Positions 17,627-26,470 of a DNA stretch of 31,306 nucleotides are shown one piece after another. A program made the position numbers and the translations under genes. How positions within the stretch are numbered: the first letter of the stretch is position 1; each line of letters opens with the position of its first letter. The notes below the pieces were generated by a model. The model made no database searches, was not told where the DNA came from, and saw only the letters and a list, made by a program, of their open reading frames with translations. The DNA is from Candidatus Rokuibacteriota bacterium (GTDB taxonomy: Bacteria > Methylomirabilota > Methylomirabilia > Rokubacteriales > CSP1-6): assembly GCA_016179165.1 (NCBI GenBank), contig JACORX010000011.1, positions 1-31,306 of the forward strand, in the 5' to 3' direction.

Positions 17627-18948
17627 GGCGCGTACAGCGCTTCGTAGTCCGCAGCGATCTCGTCCATGGTCCTGACCTTCGGCAAGGCCAGCCGCCAGCG
17701 GTCCACGGTGCCCGCGGGGTCCCGGACGATCTCGGCCAGGACCTCCGACAGAGCCCGCCAGTCGCCGGGCGGCACCAGCCGGCCGTTGATCCCGTCCCGC
17801 ACGATCTCGGCCAGGCCGCCGATCCTGCTGCCGATCACCGGTGTCCCCACCGCCTGGGCCTCCATTGCGACGGTGGGACCGCCCTCGAGAAAGAGAGATG
17901 GGCAGCAGAGGACGTCGTACGTCGCGAGAGCGTCGAGCGCCTCCGATGGCGCGACTGCCGGGGCGAACTCGATCCTCGGATCTCCTGCGCTCAACGCCTG
18001 CAAGACCTTCACGTACACCCGCTCCGCTTCGGTCCGCACCGGTCCGCGCAATTCCAGCCGGAAGGAAATGTCTCGGGGCAGGCTCGTCACGGAGCGCACA
18101 AGATCGCCGATGCCCTTGATCGTGTCGAAACGCCCCATGTAGCCGACCCGGATTGGAGTGCGCGTCGGCCGCTCGTCCGGTCCGGGCTTCGCGGCAATCT
18201 TGTGGTGCGACATGCCGAGCCGGTTGAGGACCAGCTTCTCCCGGGGAGCACCGTTGGCGGCAACCACCTCGAACGCCCACTCGGTGAGCACCACGAACTT
18301 CTCGGTGATCTCCAACATCTCGCGCTGCATGAGCTGGTTGTGCGCGATGAGCTCGCTCATCCCGAGCGCCGTTCCGATCCTTCCAGGTAGTGCCCGCGCC
18401 ACCCTGCCGAGGTTCGGCGGCACCGCACCAACGGCCAGCGCGAGCGGCTTGGGCACACCGCGGTGGTGGAGCGCGCAGGCGGCACACTTACCGGGGCTGC
18501 AGATGCCATCGCAGAGCCTCTCGCCCCAGCGCATCATGGTTCCGCGCTGGCAGATCCAGCCGAGGCTCCCGCAGTGGTCCGTGACGAACAACCGCGCGCC
18601 CACAGCCCGCGCCGCCTTGAGCTCGGCCAGCCCGAGGCCGGTCACGAACGTGTGGGCATGCACGATATCGGGCCGCTGACGGGCGAGCCACGCATGAAAG
18701 CGGTCGGCACCGCGCGCCACGACCCTGCCCTGGCTCTCGGCGCGCGTGGGCGCGTCCGGAACGGGATACCGGTAGACGCTGACGCCCTCGTGGTCGTACG
18801 TTCGCTCGGCGCCACCGGTCGGGTCGGGGACCGCGATGGTCACGTCCTGCCCGGCCGCACGAAGGCGCTGGGAGAGACCGGCCACGTAGACTTCGCTCCC
18901 CCCCAGGCTCTCGGGATAGTACCAGCCGACCGCCTGGACGATCTTCAC
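17623..18948 (-). CDS. GT4 glycosyltransferase with Cys-rich insert
   Basis: YYPESLGGSEVY, CQRGTMMRWG..LCDG...KCAAC, GRFDTIKG and EGGPTVAMEA. GTG 18948 has a GTGA overlap. Confidence 0.88.
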   Translation of the reverse strand: MKIVQAVGWYYPESLGGSEVYVAGLSQRLRAAGQDVTIAVPDPTGGAERTYDHEGVSVYRYPVPDAPTRAESQGRVVARGADRFHAWLARQRPDIVHAHTFVTGLGLAELKAARAVGARLFVTDHCGSLGWICQRGTMMRWGERLCDGICSPGKCAACALHHRGVPKPLALAVGAVPPNLGRVARALPGRIGTALGMSELIAHNQLMQREMLEITEKFVVLTEWAFEVVAANGAPREKLVLNRLGMSHHKIAAKPGPDERPTRTPIRVGYMGRFDTIKGIGDLVRSVTSLPRDISFRLELRGPVRTEAERVYVKVLQALSAGDPRIEFAPAVAPSEALDALATYDVLCCPSLFLEGGPTVAMEAQAVGTPVIGSRIGGLAEIVRDGINGRLVPPGDWRALSEVLAEIVRDPAGTVDRWRLALPKVRTMDEIAADYEALYAP

Positions 18949-19130
18949 GGACGTGGCACCGCGATCAATGCGAACAGACCACCCTTCCCCAAAGCGTCGC
19001 GGGCGGCGTCTAGGACGTGCCGGCACCCGGGTTCTCTGAGCCGGTCGGCGGCGAACCTATATCGCTGGATGTGGTTGGCGTAGTACGCGGCCCATTCCGC
19101 CGTGTCGGGCGCGATGCGTTCGGAGGCCAT
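18945..19130 (-). pseudogene. Internally deleted class I SAM methyltransferase remnant (61-aa open frame)
   Basis: ERIAPDT.EW..YY.NHIQRYRFA...VLDAA looks like a methyltransferase N-terminus but breaks where CGxG should follow. It continues with RDALGKGGLF, which resembles the later RxLKPGG motif. The ATG is 9 nt after the upstream stop, and the TGA overlaps the next GTG. Confidence 0.65.
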
Positions 19131-19139
19131 GACGATCGC

Positions 19140-20096
19140 TTAGCCTTCTCGCCCAACGGCCCTGGCCGGCAGCGTGACGACGTACTCGCCGTCCCGGTCC
19201 AGCGGCGTCCCCGCGTGCGGCTCGCGAAGCGGTGGACGCAGATAGAGCGCCCAGTCCCGCCATCGGAGGCCCGCGTGCCGCAGTTGGGCGGCCGCCACAC
19301 CCCACCGCCTGGCGCGCACCTCGCGCCACGCACCTCGGGCCAGGGTGAACGCCCAGTTGCGCTTGGCCTGCTCTCGCTCGGCGGCTGTGAGCGGGCATTT
19401 CGCCGCGTTGAGCGCGAGCCACGCCGCCCCGGCCGCCACGGCGTATTCCCGTGCGGCGCGGTCCGTTTGAATCTCCTGTCCGGCATGCACGCGGTACCAG
19501 AAGAGGTCGGCCGGCATGAGCGCGACGCACACCTTGGCGCACGCCTCGAGCCAGAAGAGGTAGTCGGAGCCCACACCCGCGTCCGGGAAGCCCCCCAGCT
19601 CGGCGAACACAGTAGCCCTGAAGAGCGCGCCGGCGGGGCCGCACATGAACAGGCCGCTGCCGAGGAACTCGCGCTGATAGCTCATGCGTGGCGTCAGCAG
19701 CATAGGACAGGGTCCGCCGGGCCAGCTCGTTCGCGTCGACATGCCGAAGCCGGCCCCGGGCGCAGCGCGGAGCATGCCCACCATGGTCTCTAGGCAGTGC
19801 GGGTACATGAGGTCGTCGGAATCGTGGTACTTGAGGAACGCTCCGCGCGCGAGGGCCGCCGCGCGATTTCGGTTCGGGTAGTCCCCGAGATTTCGATCGT
19901 TGACGACCACGCGCACCCTCGGGTCGGGCTCGTAGCTGCGTGCGATGTCCACCGTCCGGTCCCCGGATCGATCGTCCACGACAATCAGCTCGAAGTCGCC
20001 GAACGTCTGGGCCAGCACGCTCTCGATGGCGAGGGCGATGTGCGGCTCGCGGTTGAAGGCGGTCATCAGCACGCTGACTGCGGGAGGCGCGCTCAT
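19140..20096 (-). CDS. GT2 family glycosyltransferase
   Basis: VSVLMTAFN, ESVLAQT..DFELIVVDDRS.D and YHDSDD (DxD). ATG 20096 has an ATGA overlap. Confidence 0.9.
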   Translation of the reverse strand: MSAPPAVSVLMTAFNREPHIALAIESVLAQTFGDFELIVVDDRSGDRTVDIARSYEPDPRVRVVVNDRNLGDYPNRNRAAALARGAFLKYHDSDDLMYPHCLETMVGMLRAAPGAGFGMSTRTSWPGGPCPMLLTPRMSYQREFLGSGLFMCGPAGALFRATVFAELGGFPDAGVGSDYLFWLEACAKVCVALMPADLFWYRVHAGQEIQTDRAAREYAVAAGAAWLALNAAKCPLTAAEREQAKRNWAFTLARGAWREVRARRWGVAAAQLRHAGLRWRDWALYLRPPLREPHAGTPLDRDGEYVVTLPARAVGREG

Positions 20097-21298
20097 GCCG
20101 TTGCCGAAGTCGGTGCACACCGGCGCCATGACCGGCGCACCGTGCGCACCGCGCGCACGAGCGTGTTGGGAAGCCAGGGCGAGTCGAGCCGGCTGCCGTA
20201 GGAGAGATGGAACCGCGCGGGCTTCGGACGGCCCAGCTCCCGCCAGCGGGCATACAACGCCTGGTAGTCGGCGGCGCGCTCCCGTATATCGAACCGGTCC
20301 GCCACGGTACGCCGCGCCGCCCGGCTCATCGCTTCGAGCCGCTCGCGGTCTCGGGCGAGCGCGGCGATGGCGTCGGCGAAGCCGGCGATGTCGCCGACCG
20401 GCGGCCGGTAGCCGGTGACGCCGGGCTCCACGACCTCCGGGATGCCGCTCAGGAGGTCGCTCACCACCGGCACCATGCCGGCGGCGCCGGCCTCGAGGAG
20501 CGCCACCGGCAGGCCTTCCGAGCGCGACGGCATCACGAGCACGTCGTGCTCTCGGTAGAGCGCGAGCACCCGGTTCATGGGCTGGAGGCCCGTCCAGCGC
20601 GCGGGCGCATGCGCGCCCCACCGGCGCTGGAGCTCCGCCTCGTCAGGCCCGACGCCCTGGAGCGTCCACGTCACGGCGACGCCCAGCTCCCGGAGCCGCG
20701 CGTCGATGGCGGGCAGGTCGAAGATGCCCTTCTCGCGGTTCATGCGTCCGACGTAGAGCAGGCGGAGCGGCCCCGCGGCCGGAGCGCGGCAGGCCGACGG
20801 GATCGCGACGCCGTACGGCAGGTTGAAGATCGTGTCGCGCCGATGCGGCAGCCGGGCCGCCAGCTGGTCGTGCATCCGCCGCGTGTACGTCACGAAGCAG
20901 TCGATCAGCGGCTCGTGCCGCTCCGCCAGGTCGTAGTAGTAGTCGAAGTCGCCGTGCGTGATGCTCACGACGGTCCGGTCTCCTGGGTGCACGGCGAGCA
21001 TCGCCAGCTCGAGCCAATCGTTGGCCACGAGCACGCCGGGGCCTGACGGGACGGCCCGGGCCAGGCGCCGGAGCACGCTGTAGAGGTTCTCGACGGGCAG
21101 GCTGTACTCGACGCGGCGTTGGGCGTCCGCCGCCAGCGTGCCGTCGAACGGCGTGTCGTTCTCAAGGTGGTTGCGCGTGAGGATGGCGCAGTGCCGAAAG
21201 CCGTCGCGGCGCCGGTGGGCCAGGAGGTTGTCGACGAAATTCAGCACGCCGCCGATCTTCCCCGGCAGGACGTAGACCACGCTGGGCGCGCCGCTCAT
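20093..21298 (-). CDS. GT4 glycosyltransferase
   Basis: LLYVGRM..EKG and PSRSEGLPVALLEA. ATG 21298 has an ATGA overlap. Confidence 0.88.
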   Translation of the reverse strand: MSGAPSVVYVLPGKIGGVLNFVDNLLAHRRRDGFRHCAILTRNHLENDTPFDGTLAADAQRRVEYSLPVENLYSVLRRLARAVPSGPGVLVANDWLELAMLAVHPGDRTVVSITHGDFDYYYDLAERHEPLIDCFVTYTRRMHDQLAARLPHRRDTIFNLPYGVAIPSACRAPAAGPLRLLYVGRMNREKGIFDLPAIDARLRELGVAVTWTLQGVGPDEAELQRRWGAHAPARWTGLQPMNRVLALYREHDVLVMPSRSEGLPVALLEAGAAGMVPVVSDLLSGIPEVVEPGVTGYRPPVGDIAGFADAIAALARDRERLEAMSRAARRTVADRFDIRERAADYQALYARWRELGRPKPARFHLSYGSRLDSPWLPNTLVRAVRTVRRSWRRCAPTSATA

Positions 21299-22218
21299 CG
21301 CGCCCTCGCGGGCCGCGTGCCGGCGCCGGCCCCGAGCCACGCGATGGTCCTGCGCAGCCCTTCGTCCAGAGGAACCTGGGGCTCCCAGCCGATCCCGCGG
21401 ATCTTCGAGATGTCCGCGTACCACTTGGGCGTATCACCGGGAAAGGACCGGCCCGTCGGGGCCAGCATGATCGACGAATGGCCCATCAGGGTCGCGATCG
21501 CGCGCGCCAGGTCCAGAAGCCGGACCGGCGCGCCGGAAGCCAGGTTGTAGTCCTCTCCGGGCTTCCCGTTCGTGGCGATGGCGGTCAACCCGCGCGCCGC
21601 GTCCTCGACGTACAGGAAGTCGCGGACCTGGTTGCCGTCGCCCAAGATCTCGATCCTGGCCGGATTCGCCTGGATCTTCCGGATCAGGTCGTGGATCGCG
21701 AACCGGACCATGCCGATGCCGTAGACGTTGAACATGCGTGCCACCCGCACGTCCACACCGTAGCAGCGGTGGTACGCGGAGCAGTAGACTTCTCCCGCGA
21801 GCTTCCCGGCGGCGTAGGGCGACATGGGCCGCTGCAGGCCCGTCTCCGTCCAGGGCAGGTCGTTGCCCGCATCGAACACCGAGGCCGAGGAAGCGAAGAC
21901 GAATCGGCTCCCCCGCCCCCGCGCCGACTCCAGCGTCTCGAACAAGCCGCCTACGTTGTTGGTGAAGTCCATCCGCGGGTCCTCGACGGAGGTCCGGATG
22001 TCCGCCGAAGCGGCCAGGTGGAACACGACGGTTCGGTCGTCGAGGCGGGGGGTCAGAACGCCCGGGGTGGCTACGTCGAGGGTGAGGGATTCCGTCCCCA
22101 GCCCCTCGCACGGGACCTTGTCCACGGCCAGCACCTTCCACCCGGCACCGATGAGATGGGCGACGAGGTTCTTGCCGATGAAGCCGTTGGCGCCCGTGAC
22201 GACCGCCTTGCCGGTCAT
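21295..22218 (-). CDS. NAD-dependent epimerase/dehydratase (extended SDR)
   Basis: VTGANGFIG, FHLAA, YAAGK (YxxxK), RMFNVYG and GDGNQVRDFLYV. Confidence 0.92.
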   Translation of the reverse strand: MTGKAVVTGANGFIGKNLVAHLIGAGWKVLAVDKVPCEGLGTESLTLDVATPGVLTPRLDDRTVVFHLAASADIRTSVEDPRMDFTNNVGGLFETLESARGRGSRFVFASSASVFDAGNDLPWTETGLQRPMSPYAAGKLAGEVYCSAYHRCYGVDVRVARMFNVYGIGMVRFAIHDLIRKIQANPARIEILGDGNQVRDFLYVEDAARGLTAIATNGKPGEDYNLASGAPVRLLDLARAIATLMGHSSIMLAPTGRSFPGDTPKWYADISKIRGIGWEPQVPLDEGLRRTIAWLGAGAGTRPARAR

Positions 22219-23531
22219 GACGCTTCCCGGGCCGCGGGAGCGGCGCGCGACAGGACATCGGAACAACTCCACTCGGCCTTGCGGCAGATGAGGCCGCGGC
22301 TCGGGTGGAGATCGTACGGGCGCCACGGCTCCACGGGCGGAAGCACGCCGAACGCGAGCGCCTCGCTGATCTCGTCCACGTGCTGGAGGAACGGGATGCC
22401 CACGAAGACGTTGATCCCGTAGCGGCCGGGCACGAGCGTGGGCCCCGGCAGTCGAACGAGCACCCGGCAGGCGCGGGAGTCCGGAAGCGCCACGCCCGTG
22501 TCGTCGACGTTCATGAGGCTCAGGAGCGGCTGTCCGTCATCCGAGCAGACCACGAGCTCGACGACGAGACCGCGGAGGCTGCTCCCCGCGGCCGCCCCGC
22601 CCGCGACCTCGATCGTGACCTCCACCAGCAGGTCGGCGTCGCACGGCCTCGCGGCGACCGGCTCCTTGTCTTCATCGAGGATGCGCATGTTGGTCACACG
22701 AGCCCACCCCGTGCCGCGGCGGTCCCGGGGATTGAACCGCGCGCCCTCTTCCTGCTCTCGGCCCGGCCGCACGTACAGATCCGAGACGGCCGCCATCGGG
22801 CCGGCGGCCGCCACCCTGCCGCGCTCGAGCAGGAGGCCCCGCTCGCACAGACGCCGCATGGCCGCCATGTTGTGGCTCACAAATACCACCGTCCGTCCGC
22901 CCCGGGCGACCTCGTCCATCTTGCCCAGGCACTTCTTCTGGAACTCGAGGTCGCCGACGGCCATCACTTCGTCGACCAAGAGGATCTCGGTGGCTAGGTG
23001 GGCCGCGACGGCGAAGGCGAGCCGCATGTACATCCCGCTCGAGTAGCGCTTCACCGGGGTGTCGATGAAGGCCTCGACGCCCGCGAAGGCGATGATCTCG
23101 TCGAACTTCCGGTCGATCTCCGGCCGGCGCATCCCGAGGATGGTGCCGGTGAGATAGACGTTCTCCCGCCCCGTCAGGTCCCCGTGGAAGCCCGTGCCCA
23201 CCTCGAGCAGGCTGCCGACCCGGCCGCGCAGCTCGATGCGCCCGGTGGTCGGCGGCGTGATCCGGGAGATGATCTTGAGCGCCGTGCTCTTGTCGGCGCC
23301 GTTTCGGCCGATGATACCCAAAACCTCGCCCTGCTCCACGTCGAAGGACACGTCGCGAAGCGCCCAGAATTCCTCCTGCGCGGCCCGGGTGCCACGCTTT
23401 GCCGCGAGCCGGCGGAACGGAGAGGCGACCATGTCCACCAGCGCCTCCCGGAGATGGCCCGGGCGCTGGGCCGGCCCGCCGATGCGGTAGCGCTTGCCGA
23501 GCCCCTGGACGCGGAGGACGGGCGCGCTCAC
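22215..23531 (-). CDS. wzt: Polysaccharide ABC transporter ATP-binding protein with C-terminal extension; variant Walker A
   Basis: FWALRDVSF, LLEVGTGFH.DLTGREN, PVKRYSSGM..RLAF, LVDEV.AVGD and VSHN, followed by a beta-rich tail of roughly 170 aa. Walker A reads GRNGADKST. Confidence 0.92.
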   Translation of the reverse strand: MSAPVLRVQGLGKRYRIGGPAQRPGHLREALVDMVASPFRRLAAKRGTRAAQEEFWALRDVSFDVEQGEVLGIIGRNGADKSTALKIISRITPPTTGRIELRGRVGSLLEVGTGFHGDLTGRENVYLTGTILGMRRPEIDRKFDEIIAFAGVEAFIDTPVKRYSSGMYMRLAFAVAAHLATEILLVDEVMAVGDLEFQKKCLGKMDEVARGGRTVVFVSHNMAAMRRLCERGLLLERGRVAAAGPMAAVSDLYVRPGREQEEGARFNPRDRRGTGWARVTNMRILDEDKEPVAARPCDADLLVEVTIEVAGGAAAGSSLRGLVVELVVCSDDGQPLLSLMNVDDTGVALPDSRACRVLVRLPGPTLVPGRYGINVFVGIPFLQHVDEISEALAFGVLPPVEPWRPYDLHPSRGLICRKAEWSCSDVLSRAAPAAREAS

Positions 23532-23535
23532 GGCC

Positions 23536-24375
23536 TCACACCACGTCCGCGAAGGTGCGTTCCATCCGGTGGAACTGCCACGCACCCACGGCGGCCAGGA
23601 GGACCGCGCTCAGCGCGGACACGCCGAGGGTGCTCCAGTCGAGCGGCCGCCCGAGGACGGCGGCGCGGTAGGCCTCGATGATCCCGGTCATCGGGTTGAG
23701 CGCGAAGAGCGGCCGCCAGCGCTCGGGCACGATGCTCGTCGGGTAGACCACCGGCGTGGCGAACATCCAGAGCTGCATGAGAAACGGGATGGCGTACTGG
23801 ACGTCGCGGTAGCGCACGTTGAGCGCGGCCAACCACATGCCGATGCCGGTGGCCGCGACGGCCGTCAGCGCCGCAACCGGGACCAGCAGCACGACCGAGA
23901 GCGCGGGCCGAATGCCGTACCAGCCCATGAGACATCCGAGGACGGCGAAGGCGATCGCGAAGTCCACGAGGGCCGACAGGGTCGCCGACAGCGGCACGAG
24001 CACGCGCGGAAAGTACACGCGGGTGAGCAGGTTCGCGCTGCCGACCACGCTGGCACCGCTCCTGGCGACGGCGCCCGAGAAGTACATCCACGGCAGCAGG
24101 CCCAGGTAGCAGAAGATCGGGTACGGCACGCCGTCGCTCGGCACCCCGGCCAGCCGGCCGAGGAAGATCGTGAAGACCACCATGGACAAGAGCGGCTGGA
24201 GGATCGCCCAGAGAACGCCGAGCGCCGTCTGCTTGTAGCGCACCGCGATATCGCGCCACGTGAGGAAGTACAGGAGGTCGCGGTAGTGCCAGAGCTCACG
24301 CAGATTGACGACGCCTCCGCCCGTCGCGGCGTCAATGACGACCCACGGCACCGCACGCTCCATGGGGCGGCTCAC
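23536..24375 (-). CDS. wzm: Polysaccharide ABC transporter permease
   Basis: ELWHYRDLLYFL.WRDI.VRYKQT.LG..WA.LQP, YFPR, YRDV and LNPMTGIIEAYR. GTG 24375 overlaps the asnB stop. Confidence 0.93.
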   Translation of the reverse strand: MSRPMERAVPWVVIDAATGGGVVNLRELWHYRDLLYFLTWRDIAVRYKQTALGVLWAILQPLLSMVVFTIFLGRLAGVPSDGVPYPIFCYLGLLPWMYFSGAVARSGASVVGSANLLTRVYFPRVLVPLSATLSALVDFAIAFAVLGCLMGWYGIRPALSVVLLVPVAALTAVAATGIGMWLAALNVRYRDVQYAIPFLMQLWMFATPVVYPTSIVPERWRPLFALNPMTGIIEAYRAAVLGRPLDWSTLGVSALSAVLLAAVGAWQFHRMERTFADVV

Positions 24376-26330
24376 GCGGCGACCCGCCCGCGGCGCGCGG
24401 CCTCGAAGCGCGCCAGCGTCACCAGCGCCCACGGGCGCGACCAGTGGGCGCGGCGCCGGGCGAAGGCGTCCCAGACGTCCTCGACGGACCTTCGCTCGAG
24501 CCGCTTGCTCTCGAGGCAGAGCGCCCGCAGATCGCCCGCGCGGGCGCGCATCCAGCGATCCATGGGGAACGTGAAGCCCATCTTGGGCCGGTCCCAGACG
24601 GCGCGCGGCAGCCGGTCTGCCAGCGCGTCGAGGAGCAGCGGCTTGGGACGCGCGCCGTCGAGCTTCATCGAGGCCGGGAGCGCCAGCACGTGCTGGACGA
24701 GCCGGTGGTCGAGGTAGGGCACGCGCGTTTCGACCGAGTGGGCCATGCTCATGACATCAGTGTCGCGGAGGAGCTGGTTGCCGAGGTAGTGGGAGATGTC
24801 GAATCGCGTCAGCGCCTCGCGGAGACCGTGCGCGGCCTCCGGGGGCAGCGCGGCGCGCGCGTTGCCAAGGCCGCCGGCCTCCAAGCCGAGGAGGCCGCGC
24901 GCCTGCACTTCGGTGAAGAGCCCGCGGATGAGGAGGTAGACGCCCGCGGCCGACGGCGCTTCGAGATACGCCGCCCGGTCGAGACCGGGCCGGCCGAGCC
25001 CGGCGCACGCCGCCGCCAGCCTTGCGAGCCCGCGACGCGCCGGGCGTGGCAGCGCCGCCATGACCCTGCGCGCGCCCGCGAGCGCCGCGACGGAGCGCAG
25101 GTGGCAGTAGCCCCAGAAAACCTCGTCGCCGCCCAGCCCCGAGAGCACGACCGACAGCCCCGCCTCGCGCGCTGCGCGGGACACGCACCAGGTGTTGAGA
25201 CCGTCCACCGTCGGCTGGTCCATGGCGGCGAAGAAGCGCGGCAGCTCGTCGAAGACGGAGCCCGACCGCACCACGATCTCGCGGTGATCGGTACCGTACC
25301 GGTCGGCGACCAGCCGGGCGTAGCGGGCCTCGGAGAGCTCGGCCTCGTCGAAGGCCACGGTCAGCGTAGTCAGCGGCCGCTCGCGTCCGGCGACGGCAAG
25401 AGCGACCAGGCCCGCGGAGTCGACGCCGCCGGAGAGGAAGACGCCCAACGGCGCGTCGCTCACGAGGTGAAGCCCCACCGTCTCGTCGAGCAGCGCGCGC
25501 GTCGAGGCCACGGCCTCCGCCCGCGAGGGCGGCGACGGGGGCCGCGCGGCCTCGACCGCCGCGTCGAGGCTCCAGTAGCGCGTCAGGCGCAGCCCGTCCG
25601 CGTCCACGTGGGCGACGTGGCCGGCCGGCAGCGCGCGCACGTCCTTGACCGTGGTCAGCGGCGCGGGCACGCTCCCCAGCTCGAGAAAGCGGCCCAGGGC
25701 CTCGGGGCTCGTCTCGTCCGGAACGAGACCGCTCGTGACAACGGCGCGGATCTCCGACGCGAAGACGACTCGCGTCCGGTCCTCGTAGGAGTACAGCGGC
25801 TTGATGCCGAAGCGGTCGCGGCCGAGGAGCAGTCGCGGTCGCGGCGAGGCTTCGAAGAGCGCGAAGGCGAACATGCCCCGCAGCCGCTCCGCGACGCCAT
25901 CGCCCCAGGCGTCCCAGCCGCGGAGAAGCACCTCGGTGTCCGTGGCCGAGCGGAACGTGGCGGCTCCGCCCAGCTCGGCGCGGAGCTCGCGGTGGTTGTA
26001 GATCTCGCCGTTGTGGGCGACCCATCTCCGCCCGTCGTCGCCGCCCATGGGCATGCGGCCCCGCGGCGATCGGTCGATGATGGACAGGCGGCGGGAACAC
26101 AGGACGACGGGCGGCGCTCCGGGCACGGCCGCATACGTGCGGATGTGATCGGGATCGAGATGTTCGAGCAGGAGGCGGACCTCCGAGTCCGCGGACGCCA
26201 CCTCGGGCACCAGCAGTCCCCAGTCGTCGGGGCCGCGGTGGACCTGGGCGTCCATCATCCGCAGCACCGCGCCGATGTCCTCGGCGCTGACTGAGCCCGT
26301 GAGTCTGAAGATGCCGGCGATACCGCACAT
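24372..26330 (-). CDS. asnB: Asparagine synthase (glutamine-hydrolysing)-like amidotransferase, glycan-associated
   Basis: MCGIAG with Cys2 nucleophile, RGPD, RRLSIID, NGEIYNH.ELR, RDRFGIKPLY, LSGGVDS, SG.GGDE and R.PYLD. Confidence 0.92.
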   Translation of the reverse strand: MCGIAGIFRLTGSVSAEDIGAVLRMMDAQVHRGPDDWGLLVPEVASADSEVRLLLEHLDPDHIRTYAAVPGAPPVVLCSRRLSIIDRSPRGRMPMGGDDGRRWVAHNGEIYNHRELRAELGGAATFRSATDTEVLLRGWDAWGDGVAERLRGMFAFALFEASPRPRLLLGRDRFGIKPLYSYEDRTRVVFASEIRAVVTSGLVPDETSPEALGRFLELGSVPAPLTTVKDVRALPAGHVAHVDADGLRLTRYWSLDAAVEAARPPSPPSRAEAVASTRALLDETVGLHLVSDAPLGVFLSGGVDSAGLVALAVAGRERPLTTLTVAFDEAELSEARYARLVADRYGTDHREIVVRSGSVFDELPRFFAAMDQPTVDGLNTWCVSRAAREAGLSVVLSGLGGDEVFWGYCHLRSVAALAGARRVMAALPRPARRGLARLAAACAGLGRPGLDRAAYLEAPSAAGVYLLIRGLFTEVQARGLLGLEAGGLGNARAALPPEAAHGLREALTRFDISHYLGNQLLRDTDVMSMAHSVETRVPYLDHRLVQHVLALPASMKLDGARPKPLLLDALADRLPRAVWDRPKMGFTFPMDRWMRARAGDLRALCLESKRLERRSVEDVWDAFARRRAHWSRPWALVTLARFEAARRGRVAA

Positions 26331-26384
26331 GACGGTGAGCCCCCTAGAAGCGAACGCGATCCCGTGCAAGCCGGCGAGGCCGCC

Positions 26385-26470
26385 TCCCCATTAGCTTTCT
26401 AGTCTACGGAAGGGCCGGGGGTAAGGCCTCTTAAATAAAGCAAATTGTCATAGTCGGCGTTTAGTTACCA
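26385..26470 (-). promoter_or_regulatory. AT-rich probable promoter region of the glycan operon
   Basis: The only strongly AT-rich tract in the region (minus strand ATGACAATTTGCTTTATTTAAGA, with a TAGACT -10-like hexamer), 55-140 nt upstream of asnB. No convincing -35 element at 17-nt spacing. Confidence 0.4.

Larger units (their letters stand above)
2028..26330 (-). other. Surface polysaccharide/glycan biosynthesis and export operon (ABC-transporter type)
   Basis: 19 intact co-oriented genes plus 2 remnants. Junctions are 1-11-nt overlaps or gaps of 11 nt or less. Confidence 0.88.
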
